DNA of 64,000 nt from assembly GCF_001194135.2 (NCBI RefSeq), contig NC_068985.1, positions 55,018,670 through 55,082,669 of the forward strand. Direction: 5' to 3'. Below the pieces are notes generated by a model that was not told where the DNA came from, searched no databases, and was given only the letters and a program-made list of their open reading frames with translations. Positions within the stretch are counted from its first letter, which is position 1. Every line of letters begins with the position of its first letter. A program made the translations under genes and the position numbers. Positions 11,364 through 23,424 of the stretch are shown piece by piece. The DNA comes from Octopus bimaculoides. Taxonomy: Eukaryota.

Positions 11364-11738
11364 AAGGTGCATGGCTCAGTGGTTAGAGTGCCAGACTTAC
11401 AAGTTCCATTCTCAGACCAGGCTGTGTGTTGTGTTCTTGAGCAAGACACATTATTTCACGTTGCTCCAGTTCACTCAGCTGTAGAAATGAGTTGTGACGT
11501 CACTGGTTCCAAGCTGTGTTGGCCTTTGCCTTACCCTTGGACAACATCGGTGGCGTGGAGAGGGGAGGCTGGTATGCATGGGCGACTGCTGGTTTTCCGT
11601 AAACAACCTTGCCTGGACTTGTGTCTCGAATGTACTGGAGCAACGTGAAATAAAGCATCTTGCTCAAGGACACGAGCTGCCAGGAATCAAACTAAGGATC
11701 ATGAGGCAAATAATGCTAGCCACTAAACCATGTGCCTT
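11364..11738. mobile_element. Two tRNA-derived SINEs in inverted (tail-to-tail) arrangement
   Basis: A + strand head starts at 11364 (aaggtgcatggctcagtggttagag) and a - strand head ends at 11738. Their 35-bp cores (11436-11470 and 11634-11668) are near-exact reverse complements. Confidence 0.8.
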
Positions 11739-11989
11739 TACATACATACACACACACACACATGCACAAACACACGCAATAGTAATATTTAAAAAAAACC
11801 CATTCAAATTCTATCAATTTTCATCAAACAAATCTACATATTGGTTGAGAAGTAAACTTCTCACCCACAGCTCCACCACCTCCACCACCACACATGAATG
11901 TAGAGCTACACCAATAGTTATGGCATTACAGATATTTTGTTTTGTGTGGGTGAATGTTTAAATGTCTGAGAGCGAGAGCAAAAGAGAGA

Positions 11990-12000
11990 GAGAAAGAGAG

Positions 12001-12034
<34 letters not shown>

Positions 12035-12210
12035 AGTGAGCATGTGAGCATATGTGCATGTGTATATGAGACTATGTTTTAATGTGATGAAGTATGTGAA
12101 TGCATGTAAGAAAGCATGTGAATGTGAGAGCAAGTGTATGGCAGCGCATGAGTATGAGAGTGTGTGTGAATGCAAGTGCGTGTGAGAGAGAGTGTGTGCA
12201 TATGTGTGTG

Positions 12211-12242
<32 letters not shown>

Positions 12243-12399
12243 AGAGTGAGCATGTGAGCATATGTGCATGTGTATATGAGACTATGTTTTAAATGCATGT
12301 GAATGTGAGAGCAAGTGTATGGCAGTGCATGAGTATGAGAGTGTGTGTGAATGCAAGTGCGTGTGAGAGAGTATGTGCATGTGTGTGCATATGTGTGTG

Positions 12400-12430
<31 letters not shown>
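11990..12430. repeat. Compound (GA/GT)n microsatellite with a ~210-bp tandem duplication
   Basis: tgagagtgagcatgtgagcatatgtgcatgtgtatatgagactatgtttt occurs at 12031 and 12241; gcatgtgaatgtgagagcaagtgtatggcag occurs at ~12114 and ~12294. Confidence 0.85.
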
Positions 12431-12434
<4 letters not shown>

Positions 12435-13473
12435 GTCCACAAGTGCAGCTGGTTTGAACATTTTAAACTGCTTCAACAAAAATATCACAGCTTCGTGATG
12501 GAGGTGTTTGCTTGTGTTGCACCATTCAGAGCACTCATTGAAAAGTAATCAAATGTTGATAGCTGTGAAAACACTTGTCGACTTGGTTGTATGAGCAACA
12601 GCATGTCAGTGAAGCAAACATAACATATACACTGGTGAACACTCCCTCCTCAAACTGCCACTCACAAGAACAACAACGCACTCAGTGTAGTTAGCTACTG
12701 CACATGTTAAGTATGCCTGTTTACCCACTGCAGTAAGTAAACTTAATGAACTTACCTGAAAGCACTTTTAATTAATATTGGTTCTCATGCTAATGACTAA
12801 CCAAGGACATTGTTAAGAATTAGGAAGAGAACTGATAATGTGGTCATTTAATTAAAGGTCCCTTATGTTTGAATATCTAATAATTAACACATTGGTTAAA
12901 TAGCAGTTTTAACTTTCAGATTAGAGGGTATTATGATGTTTTGTAAACCCCACACCACCACCAGATTTTTTTGACTTGAGGATGGAGTGAACGATGTTGC
13001 TGGCTGATTTAATCTTGGAACATCACACACATGTACGTAAGTGCAGATACTTAACAGATTGAAAAGCCAAGTTGATTCAAAATCATCAACATTGCTTTGT
13101 GATACCTTGCTACATGTGTTGGTGTACATTTGTAAAATAATCTAGTTTGTTAGTAATAAGATGGATTATCTTATGAAGATAAAATAGTATAGTTTAAATA
13201 GCAGAAATAATTTATAGCACCTAGTCTGAGAGGCACGAATAACAGACGCTCTGAATTATGGCTTTTTTCTGACAAGTGACAGGTATCTGGTTGAAGTCCT
13301 AGAACTGTTTTCATTTTCTGAATGATGTTTTATGGATATTGCTAATAATATAGATGTTTGGAATGAATGTGGACATTTTAATCCATTGACAGGATTTTGT
13401 TATACAAGAGCACACTAAAGAGAGTGTGTTACTATACCTGCAATTGTTGCAGTGAATGGTAGGCAAGTAATGT

Positions 13474-13696
13474 TACTAAAAGTGTGCTGAAAAGTTCCTG
13501 GTTTTGGATAAAAGAAAATACAGGAGGATCAGTTAATTATGACGTTATTCAACATATTTCCCTCTTAGATTCATACACTTATTGCAGCGGTCCTTCAGTT
13601 TTTCTAAGCTCTGTAAAAGAACTCAGAAGGTTGGGCTTTCAACCAGGCCTTTTGTGATACCCTTAAAGCCAGGAACTTTTCAACACTCCACTTGTA
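13474..13696. mobile_element. Mariner-derived MITE (~220 bp)
   Basis: TIR cores gtgctgaaaagttcctggtttt / aaagccaggaacttttcaacac (20/22), TA at both ends, and a mariner-like subterminal ttattcaacat...atacacttattgcagcgg. Confidence 0.8.
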
Positions 13697-14984
13697 CATA
13701 CAAGTTATTTAGAAATGAAATAAAGAGGACTGTGAGTTGGCACAAATGATACAGAGTAATTTACTAAACACTATAAAAAAAGGTAAAACATTCACCACTT
13801 AAAATTGGTTGTTGCATAAGAACATAAAAATACTGTGATATTTACCAAAACAGAAAAATCCCTTGAATGCTTTTTTGGTGCATAAAAGCACATCATAGCT
13901 TTTGCCAGCAGCAGATAATCACTACTACTTCCATTGCCAGGACTACATGATCATATGAGCTCAGTCTCATTTGGCCTTGTCACCGATAGGTACCTTGGCA
14001 TTATCCACTTTTAAGAGGTGAACATTTTGCCTTTTGGTATTAATACTCTCTTTACTTTGAAAAAAGGATTATATCCCTTTATTTTCTGATTAAATACAAT
14101 AATACAGGCTGTCTCTCTATTGTCTAACACAGCATAATATGGATTATGCTTATCTTTATTGGCTGACTAAACTCTAATAATAAGGGTTAGGAGCCTTGTT
14201 AACTGACATCAAATAACATGGGGAATGATGCTGACTTCCATTGGTGACAGTTTTATTAGGTATCATTTAGCTAGAGCTCCTATCTCTACTAATGTTGGCC
14301 TAGAGTAGTAGGGTTAGAGGAAATCAAAAGAAGAGTTTCTTTGTAACACCTTGTACTTGTGTATATAGATAAATACATTGCATATTGTAACATGTGATAC
14401 ATCGATTATATCATACATAAGACCATATAAACTGAAGAGACTCAATAAGACTGAAATATGTGTAACATTGTCACCATATATACCAAACTTCGTATTAAAC
14501 ACCCAGCTATATAATTCAACTTTTGATCAACTGAAAATTTGGAGGTTTTCTCTCTAGTCTCTGCTGAAAAGAAATTTTCATTAACGCTAATGAAAGGTAT
14601 TCTCATTACAGCTATAATTTCAAATGATTAAGAGTTACTTTGGGGGCTCAGCTCCTCAAATATGGTAACCTGCACTTAATTATATTTGTTTTATGCAACA
14701 GATTTGTGATTTACATATTTGTGATATGTAACATATTTAAGTTGCTTCCCTGTCAGCAGTAACAACCTTTCCACTATGTATTTCATCTACCTCTCTTATC
14801 TGTTGGATTAGCTCTTTCTTAACACTATTGATAACCCAACATATGTCAGTAGAGAAGTCATGACACTTAAATATTTATTTAAAGGTCAAGGGTTCAAGTC
14901 CCATTACTAAACTTAGACAAACTAAGCTGAGCATAAATAAAGAAGTGTGGGGAGTATAGCTTTCATTTTATCACAGAAATTACA

Positions 14985-15398
14985 AATATCATCGTTTTAA
15001 CATCCATCTACCCACACTTGTATGCATCAGATAGAATTTGTTGAGGCAGATTTCCTATGGTTAAATGCCCTTTTTATTGCCAAGCCTCACTTGTTTCCAT
15101 ACAAGGTAATATTACCCCATGATCAGGCATGTTTCCTAGGAAAATTGGAAATGAATAACAACACTTTTATAATGGTGACACTTGTTTATAGTTATCATGT
15201 GATGTCAAGAAAAGGAAACGCTAACACACACACAGGTACATTCACATATACAAAATGGGACTCTTTCAGTTTCCATCTATCAAATCTACTTACAAGGCAT
15301 TGGTCAACCTGGGAATGATGTAGAAGACACTTGCCCAAGGTACCATGCAGTGGGACTGAACCCTAAATCACATAATTGGGAAGTGAACTTCTTAATAC
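14985..15398 (-). mobile_element. Family-B SINE with type-i ((GAT)n) tail
   Basis: Reverse complement of head (cacttgcccaaggt...ggactgaacc), CA hinge and the cttgtttcc..gcaaggtaatatt tail. Confidence 0.75.
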
Positions 15399-15869
15399 CC
15401 GGTGGTATAAAAGTATATGTTTAATGTTTCAATTTACAATCATTGCCAATTAACTTTGAGAATAATACAATTTTGACAATCTTCCACCAATAGTCTTCAT
15501 TTCTTTCAGTTTCTTTATAATGACATTTCTGAATACTTTACACACATTCTATGATTGGAGCCTGTACAAAGTCATTTGATGTGTTAAAAACAGCAGTTAA
15601 ATTTCCCTCATATCATAACCTACATGTTAAATGAGCAACATAGTCATTTGATAAGACAGTCCAAGACAAACACCTAAAACAAAACAAGGTTGACCTAGAG
15701 CTAAAGAACAACAATAACACTCAGCACCACCACCAAAATCCATCTGAAGAATAATTTACTATGTTCCTTTCTTGTACTGTGAATGGTAAAAATGGAACCA
15801 ATAAGCAATATTCACCTGCATTGGCCATAGATGCATTATTTCTTGTTTCAAAGTTATTTGATTGGCAGT

Positions 15870-16065
15870 TTTGTAAGACCACTAGAAAAGATGCTTTGGG
15901 TATTTGTTTTAATTCATACATTCTGAGCTCAAATTCTACTGCAATCAACTTCGCCATTCATTCTTTTGGTGTTGATAAACTGAAGTACCAGTCATGTACT
16001 AGGGATGGTGGTACTGACTAATCTTCTCCCCTCAAAATTACTGGCCTTGTGCCTAAATCAGAAAC
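15870..16065 (+). mobile_element. Diverged family-A SINE
   Basis: ttctgagctcaaattct...cattcattcttttgg...aagtaccagt...ggccttgtgcctaa. Confidence 0.65.
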
Positions 16066-16621
16066 ATTTCTAGTTACTAGTGCACTGATGTGTTGCTGAA
16101 GGATAGGTTTTTTTAAGCCTTATACCTAGCAATAATGCTGGCTCATTCTCTCCAGGTTTTCCCCCAACTATTGTCAAGGTTTTAATTTCTTTTTTGTTCA
16201 AGAAATGAAAATCTTCTGACAGAGATATTAACTGTATCAAGCAATTATTTCAATGTGTTGCTGCTACAACTACTATACAGCTGCTGCTGTTGCTACCACC
16301 ACTACCATCACAAACAGTTGCATTATCAATTAACAAGCTAGCAATTTAACAAGCTGAAAAGCACTCTCTGTGTTGTTGCCTTAAGATGTTAGACCAACAA
16401 TGTACCTATTTACTATACTGCTTCTTTTCAAATATATACCTTCTTCTGTAAGCTTGTATTTATTCTATTAACATTCCAAATATTTAACCTATTACAGTAG
16501 TTAAGTTAACTCTAACCAGTTCTGAGCAGGGAGATATTTTAACAGAAATAGTCTAATCAAACTGATGCAATGTGTGGCCACCAAAAATTCAACCTACACA
16601 GGGCACAAGGAAAGACTGATT

Positions 16622-16843
16622 TTGCCCTCTTGTTACTATATTTCTGTTGAAACACAATGCTTTTGCTTTCATTAATTTTGAAAATAATGAAGAATTTAAT
16701 AAAGTAACTGTGATTATAAACTGGTGTTTGGAACATAAATTAAGATGAAATTTTAATGGAAGATTTTAATTCAGATCTCTTTAAAATTGGAAGTTTGCAT
16801 CATAGAATCAGGAGTGATCTCTGATTTGCATGAAAAGAGTTAA
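16622..16843. mobile_element. piggyBac-type MITE (family 1)
   Basis: Degenerate TTAACCCT...AGGGTTAA termini. The interior is shared with 37178-37407 and, inverted, with 51913-52145. Confidence 0.7.
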
Positions 16844-17236
16844 TTTCAGCAAGGTTGGGACTACTTAACAATTCCACAGTCTAGAGCAGGAAAAATCTAT
16901 TACTTAACAGCAACATTTGTGTTAGTTCAATTCTAGACTCTGCTTTAAAGTTTCTGTATTGTTGTCTAGTTTATTAGTGACAATTATTAATCTGAGAATA
17001 ATTTTGTAGCAGAATTAGTTTTCAAATTTACAATTGGAAAAAAGTTGTTTTATCCAAGTGATTCCTTGAGATGGCTACTAAATATGACCAGTGAGATTTT
17101 ATTTATTTATTTATTTTTTTAAGCTAAAACAGTGAAAGGTAAATAAACAAAATTCATGCAAATATTGACAGTTTTATTGTCAGAAGCTACTTATTTATTA
17201 CATATACACATAATTACACACATACACACAAATATG

Positions 17237-17950
17237 TGAAGGTGCATGACCGAGTTGTTAGGGTGTTGCACTTATGATCACAACACCATGGTTTGGATTC
17301 CCTGATTAGTGGTGTGGTGTGTTTTTGTGCAAAACACTTAATTTCACATTTCTCCACTCCACTCAGCTGTAAATAGGTAATCCTGTGTTAGACTGGCATT
17401 CTGTTCAGGGGCTTGTTGGCTTGTCCACCTAACTAGTAGGGTGGCATCATTTGAAAGCTACAACAGTGTGAGGAAGTGCATTGTGACCAGTAGTGTATAA
17501 TGATATACGATAGTTTGGTTGATACAGTAAGAGAGATAGATAGGCAGACAGTTAAATAGGTGTGGTTAAGAATTTCCCAACCACATGGTCTCCAGTTCAG
17601 TCCTGCTGTGTGGTATCTTGGATAAGTGCCTACTAAAGTCCCATGCCAACCGAAGCTTTGTGAGTAAATTTGAAAGGGAGAAACTGAAAGAAGCCCATTG
17701 TGTATATGTGTGTGTTTGTATATTCTTGTACTGATATAGTGGGACAGTTATAAAGATTGTTACTGTAATACATGCAGTGTCATTCATTTCCAATATTCTG
17801 TAAAAACCTGTCTAGTGATGGGGGAAATATTATCTTGCTTGAAAACAAGGGCTGGCAACAAGAAGGGTATTCAGCTAAAAAAAATTCTGACTCCATCTGA
17901 CCCATGCAAACATTTAAAAGAGGACATTATGATGATAATGATGATGATAT
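17237..17950 (+). mobile_element. Two adjacent SINEs: a tRNA-headed element (17237-17520) and a family-B SINE with type-i tail (17560-17950)
   Basis: Head gaaggtgcatgaccgagttgttaggg...ccactcagctgtaaat; the second copy ends in gacccatgc...gaggacatt(atg)n. Confidence 0.65.
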
Positions 17951-17954
17951 ATAT

Positions 17955-18490
17955 AACTTGAGCAGAGTTAACCCCTTTACCTATCTGGGTAGTAAAATCA
18001 GTAGTAGTCATACAGACCAGATAAACTAGATCACCAGATGGGGAAGGCTGCCATGGCATTTGGAGGATTGAGAGAAGGAGCATGGAGCAGTAAGCATGTT
18101 ACAGACCAAGTGAAGTATGAAGTGTAGTGATCAATAACATTAGCCACCTTGGTGTATGAATTTGGATGCATGAATGTTAGTCTGTAAACAGGTAAAAAGT
18201 GTATGCATTCATGATGAGACATCTGAGAGGGATTGTACACATCAACTGGAAAGACAGGGTTTGGGCATCATAAAGAGATACAGATACAGTGAAACATCTG
18301 CTGGTTTGGGAATGTGCAAATAATGGAGGAATTCAAGTACCAAGACAAATGTACTATTTACAGCTGGCCAGCAATACGAGAAGTCAGAGTAGAGTGAACT
18401 GAGATACAAGGATGTGATTAAACACAACTCAAGGAAATAAAAGATTGATATCCACTGCTAGCTCACAGTAGCCCAGGACAGAAACTTTTA
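17955..18490 (+). mobile_element. Decayed RTE-clade LINE, RT C-terminal fragment
   Basis: Frame-shifted motifs FTYLGSKIS, GKAAMAFGGL, LATLVY, WKDRV, LRYKDVIK, VAQDR, the typical post-RT region of RTE ORF2. Confidence 0.75.
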
Positions 18491-19498
18491 AAGGAGGATG
18501 ACCCACTTTTGATACTAAAACTCAAGTCTTTACATATGGACAGACATTGTCGATATTAACAAACATCCTACATAACATGTGTCTATTTATGAAAGTCATC
18601 AAAACATTGCTGTGTTCAGTTTGAAATACTTAGAAGTTTAGCAAACAGTCAGTGCTGTGTTCACCACATGACGATGATGACTATGATGATGATTGCTGAT
18701 GGTAACTATGATGATGATGCCTGTCCCTGACATCATCACTTCATGTCAGAAACAAGTGTACTGAAGTAGTTATTTCCACACAATCCTGTTTATTTTACAA
18801 TTGGATCACCCCAGCTGTTTTGATCTCTTCTGTTGAATCTATTTTCTTAAACACTCAAAATGGTGTGTTTACTTTTTAACAGTTTGTCAATGTTTTCAGT
18901 CAGTCCACTATTTCTCTAGATCACTGCAGCGAGCGAATATTAACCAACAATGGCTAGTATTTCTTCATTAGCATCCATCCCCATTTGTTCTACAGTAAAC
19001 CCTAACATCTTAAACAAGGATATATAAGACAACATAGTCCCATATACCGCCGATGGGATGGTCATAGTTGTAATATCTCTGATGATAGGTCTGTTTCATC
19101 AGGAATGACTTTGCACCAAACAACTGTTACTACTACAACCCCTACTTCTCTAAACTACACACTCCACCTCCCTCCCTACACACTTATGTAATTATTTCTC
19201 TCTCTCTCTCTCTCTCTCTTCTCATCCTTGCTACATTTCATCCTCCATCCAGATTTCTCTCAGTTTGCCCAATCAGACCTTCATGGAACATTCCCTCTCC
19301 ACCACAAGAAATGTGAAGCTGAATAGTCAGTCACACCAACCTCATCTGTTTGGGAGGGACTGCATAAAAACTGAGTTGTCAAATGTTTGTGCTGCTATGG
19401 TTTAATACATCTATACTTCACTACACACAGTTTAATGATTCCAATCACAGCTCATATTCGATGGTGAGTAACTGTTGAGCAAATGATCTAATCTTCCA

Positions 19499-19532
<34 letters not shown>

Positions 19533-19764
19533 CAAGAGTTTTAATTTCTTTATTTTATAATTTGTGACAAATGCTACTTGCTGAGCAATCAGAGATGTGA
19601 AATTGGTATGGTACAGATCTTTTGTGTCTATTGTGACTCTTCATTGTGCACTTATATCTTCGAGCTGGATCTTGTAAGGTGATCTGATCATATTCAAAAT
19701 GAAGTTAAAGTAATTAGTTATAAAAGTTAAAAACTCAATTACTGAATTGTGAATCCCTGTAACA

Positions 19765-20460
19765 TCAGCATTATCATCACTTTTTTATGCTTGCATGGCT
19801 TGGACAAAATTTTTTGAGGCAAGTTTTCTGTGACCAGATGCCCTTCTTCTTTCTTACCACAAGTGTTTTCAAGCAAGGTAATATTTTTCCATAGCTGGAC
19901 ATGTTTTCATGGAAAATTAGAGATGAAGGACACTTCACTACTATGGTGATGCTCATTTACATCTACCATGCAATGTCAAAACAAGGAGAAACAAATATTC
20001 ACATATATATACATAAATATATACATTCTTGTTAAATTTAGGAAAAAACTCATATGTATACATCTTTATCTTAAATTTTTTTTTTTTAGTCATTAGACTG
20101 CAGCTATGATGGGGGACTGCCTTGAAGAATTTTTAGTTGAATGAATTGACCCCAGTACTTTTTCGTCTTTAAGCCTGGTACTAATTCTATCGGTCTCTTT
20201 TGCTGAAATGCTAAATTATGAGGGCATAAACACACCAACACCAGTTGTTAATTGGTAATGGGGAACAAATACAGATACAAAGACAAACATGCACTGATAT
20301 ATATATATATATATATACATTTATGATGGGCTTCTTTCAGTTTCTGTCTACCAAATCCACTCACAAGGCTTTGGTCACTTGCCCAAGGTGTCACACAGTG
20401 GGACTGAACCCAGAACCATGGTTGGGAAGTAAGCTTCCTACCACACAGTCATGCCTGTGC
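19765..20460 (-). mobile_element. Composite: family-B SINE head plus tail ii (20080-20460) next to a type-i tail (19765-20000)
   Basis: Recognisable reverse-complement modules separated by TA/CA microsatellites. Confidence 0.65.
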
Positions 20461-20772
20461 CTATAGCTTCTAATCACACAGTCATGCCTGTGCCTATAGC
20501 TTCTAATCACACTGCCATGCCTGTGCCTATAGCTTCTAATCACACTGCCATGCCTGTGCCTATAGCTTCTAATCACACTGCCNNNNNNNNNNACTGCCAT
20601 GCCTGTGCCTATAGCTTCTAATCACACTGCCATGCCTGTGCCTATAGCTTCTAATCACACTGCCATGCCTGTGCCTATAGCTTCTAATCACACAGCCATG
20701 CCTTGCTTATAGCTTCTTAGCACACACCCACACCTGTGCCTACAGTTTCTTACCACACAGCCACACCTGTGC
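20442..20772. repeat. 33-bp minisatellite (cacactgccatgcctgtgcctatagcttctaat), >=10 units, derived from the SINE-B 5' end; spans an N gap
   Basis: Exact 33-bp periodicity (20442, 20475, 20508, 20541...). The unit resembles the reverse complement of the SINE head, aagcttcttaccacacagccatgcctg. Confidence 0.9.
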
Positions 20773-20844
20773 TTGATTGCAATATTTGTTAAATTAGGAC
20801 AAAGTAATAGTCCATTAGAGTGATTACTGAACCATCTATACATT

Positions 20845-20891
<47 letters not shown>

Positions 20892-20892
<1 letters not shown>

Positions 20893-21215
20893 GAGGCATG
20901 TGGCTTAGTGGCTAGGGTATTTGGCTCATGATCATATAATTGTGAGTTTGATTCCTGGTGGCACACTGACTTCTTGAGCAAGATATTTTATTTTACGTAG
21001 CTCCAGTCCACTCAACTGACAAAACTAAGTTGTACCTGTAATTCAAAAGGACCAGCCTAGTCACCTTCTGTGTCATGCTGAATCTTCCTGAGAACTAAAC
21101 TAATGGTACTAATGTCTGTAGGGTGCTCACCCACTTGCACGTTAGTTTCATGAGCAGGCTGTTTCATTGACTGGATCAACTGGAACACTCATCATCATAA
21201 CCAATGGAGTGCCAG
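20892..21215 (+). mobile_element. tRNA-derived SINE sharing its 3' body with the young SINE at 54711
   Basis: A-box-like tggcttagtgg and B-box-like gtttgattcc; the 3' part gtaattcaaa...ccacttgcacgtt..tttcatgagcaggctg...ggatcaactggaac...ggagtgcca is shared with 54915-55090. Confidence 0.75.
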
Positions 21216-21774
21216 TTTACACACACACATGCGTACGCGCGTGCGTGATAGTTTAATTCACAGAAAACATGTGCTTAAGTTGCAACAAAGTGGAAGTGAA
21301 CCTGAAACCATGTGGTTGGGAAGTGAACTTGTTAACCACACAGCCATTCCTGTGGCTTATATAAAAGTATTAAAATCCAATATCATAGAAAAGTTCAGCA
21401 AGATGGAATATTTAAAGTGTAAAAAAAAGTTTAAAGTTTAATTTGAAATTGAAGCATAACATTGTTAGGAGACATAGTGTTTAAAGATGATAATGGCATC
21501 CAGTAGTAACAATACCTGACAACAACTAGACATTAAAAAATATAGTAATAAATCCCTTTGAGATATCAGTAAAAATATTGGTTTTCACATATGAAATGTC
21601 AAGGAACACCAAGGACTAAAATATTACAAAAGATATTAATAACATACATTTGCATGTTTTGTAGTAACAAATTTCAATCAATATTTACAAGACAGGTCTC
21701 GCAAAAAAAAAAATACTTAGTTTACTACAAACATGAACTAAACTAAAATCACTGGATTTACTAAGTTAATCATC

Positions 21775-22230
21775 ATCATTTTCACCACTGCTACCATCAT
21801 CATCGTTTAATGCTTGCACAGATTAGACGGAATTCGTCAAGGCAGATTTTCTATGACCAGATGCCCTTCCAGGCACAAACCCTTATCGGTTTCTAAGCAA
21901 GGTGGTATTTCCCCGTGGCATGGTCAGACATTTTCCACAGGAGATTAGAAATGAACAACACCACTTGTATGATGGTGATACTTGTTTACAACTATCACTG
22001 GATATCAAAATATGGGTACATACAAACACACAGGCATGCACACATATACATACACACAAATGCACACATGCTTATATACATACACAAATACACATGACCG
22101 TCTCCTTCCAGTTTCCATAAACCTAATTCCAATCACAAAGCTTCAGCCAGCTCAACACTATGGTAGAAGATATTTACCAAAGGTGCAGTAGGACTGAACC
22201 AGATAATTGCAAGGCAAGCTTCATAGTCAC
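21775..22230 (-). mobile_element. Family-B SINE with type-i tail
   Basis: catcatcatcgtttaa start, ccagatgcccttcc, gcaaggtggtatttcccc, CA hinge and cttccagtttcc body. Confidence 0.7.
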
Positions 22231-23167
22231 ATACCAAAGCCTGAGTCTATTATTTAGTATAAATTAATATTCAGTCAGCCAACATACAGATTGAAACCCT
22301 TAAAAGTAACAATCTAACCAATTATATACACACAACACAATATTGTATTGTATTTGCATCATGGCTGACTATACTTAAGCTACTTTTACTAAAATTGGCA
22401 CAACAATATTATTATTATTATTATTAAAATTCTGAAGTCTTATTTTTCCTAGGAGAATTGCCTCAAAAAAGCATTTTGTTTACCGCTAAATATTTTAATT
22501 TAAATTATAAAACATGTGGAAATTGTAAAGTGATGAAATGTTGAAAAATCAACATCCCAATAACAGTCTTTACGATTATATTACAGTTGACATCTGATTA
22601 TCATATTAATTAACCAGAACTCCTTGTCAGAATAGCAGTAGAATGGTTGCAACACTTGTTGAATTAGGACAAAGTAATAATTCCTTAGAAAGTCTACCAA
22701 ACCATATTGTTACCATTAACATTATGATGTCATCTGTACAAAAAAATAAAAAAGAAAAATGTATTTATTTTTACTAAAATTAATGTTTTGCTCTGTGTAT
22801 AACAACAATACCAAAAGTGTTTGTTCATTGTTGGCAAGAATTAAAGTGATGTTTAAGCTCTGTTGAAACCAGTATGATTATAAGGGGAAGCTGATAATTT
22901 TTAAATGGTGTCAAGATGAATTGGTTTCCTGTAGCTTAAATGACTGTCATAATTTACAGTTTATTCTTGAGTCTTATTAAAAAGAAATACTTAAATATTA
23001 GATACTTAAATATTAAAAAGAAATACTTTTTACAGATTACTACAATATAATGAGTAGGATTATTCTGGTAATTTGGCAAATTCCACATATTTTTGGAGCA
23101 AGTTACATTGCAGTCATAAACAACTCAATTATTAAAGTAAAAATCATATCAATTTTATCAAAGAGAT

Positions 23168-23355
23168 GCAGGCATGGCTGTGCAGCTAAGAAGTTTACTT
23201 CCCACCACATGGTTCCAGGTTCAGTTTCACTGTATGGCACCTTGGGCAAGTGCCTTCTATTACAGACCCAGAGTGACCAAAGCCTTGTGAATGATTTAGT
23301 AGATGAAAACTGAAAGACGCTTGTTGTGTGTAAGTGCATGTGTGTGTGTACATAC

Positions 23356-23398
<43 letters not shown>

Positions 23399-23400
23399 CA
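23168..23400 (+). mobile_element. Family-B SINE followed by (GT)n
   Basis: gcaggcatggctgtg...ggcaccttgggcaagtgccttcta...gaccaaagccttgtga...gaaaactgaaaga. Confidence 0.8.
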
Positions 23401-23424
23401 TGTATGAATGTATCAGGCACGAGC

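Noticed and set aside
11918-12548. Long His/Thr- or Cys/Val-rich ORFs (also 23103-23420, 40728-41030, 42586-43895, 62882-63267)
   Set aside because: They are read-throughs of (CA)n/(GT)n/(GA)n microsatellites and SINE hinges, not genes.
12755-13129. Strong minus-strand donor CAG|GTAAGT at ~12755, a 77-aa ORF (12896-13129), and a + strand AG…GTAAGT pair (12920-13036)
   Set aside because: The candidate exons tested have stops in all frames, the ORF is not bounded by matching splice sites, and signals occur on both strands as expected by chance.
13860-14100. Minus-strand peptide with RVLIPKGK and DYLLLAKAM, reminiscent of L1/Tx1 RT domain 1
   Set aside because: The spacing between the motifs (~36 aa) is about twice that in L1/Tx1 and the RPISL core is absent.
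20442-20772. Regularly repeated ~33-bp unit, superficially CRISPR-like
   Set aside because: There are no unique spacers (a pure tandem repeat), the unit is SINE-derived, and the context is eukaryotic.
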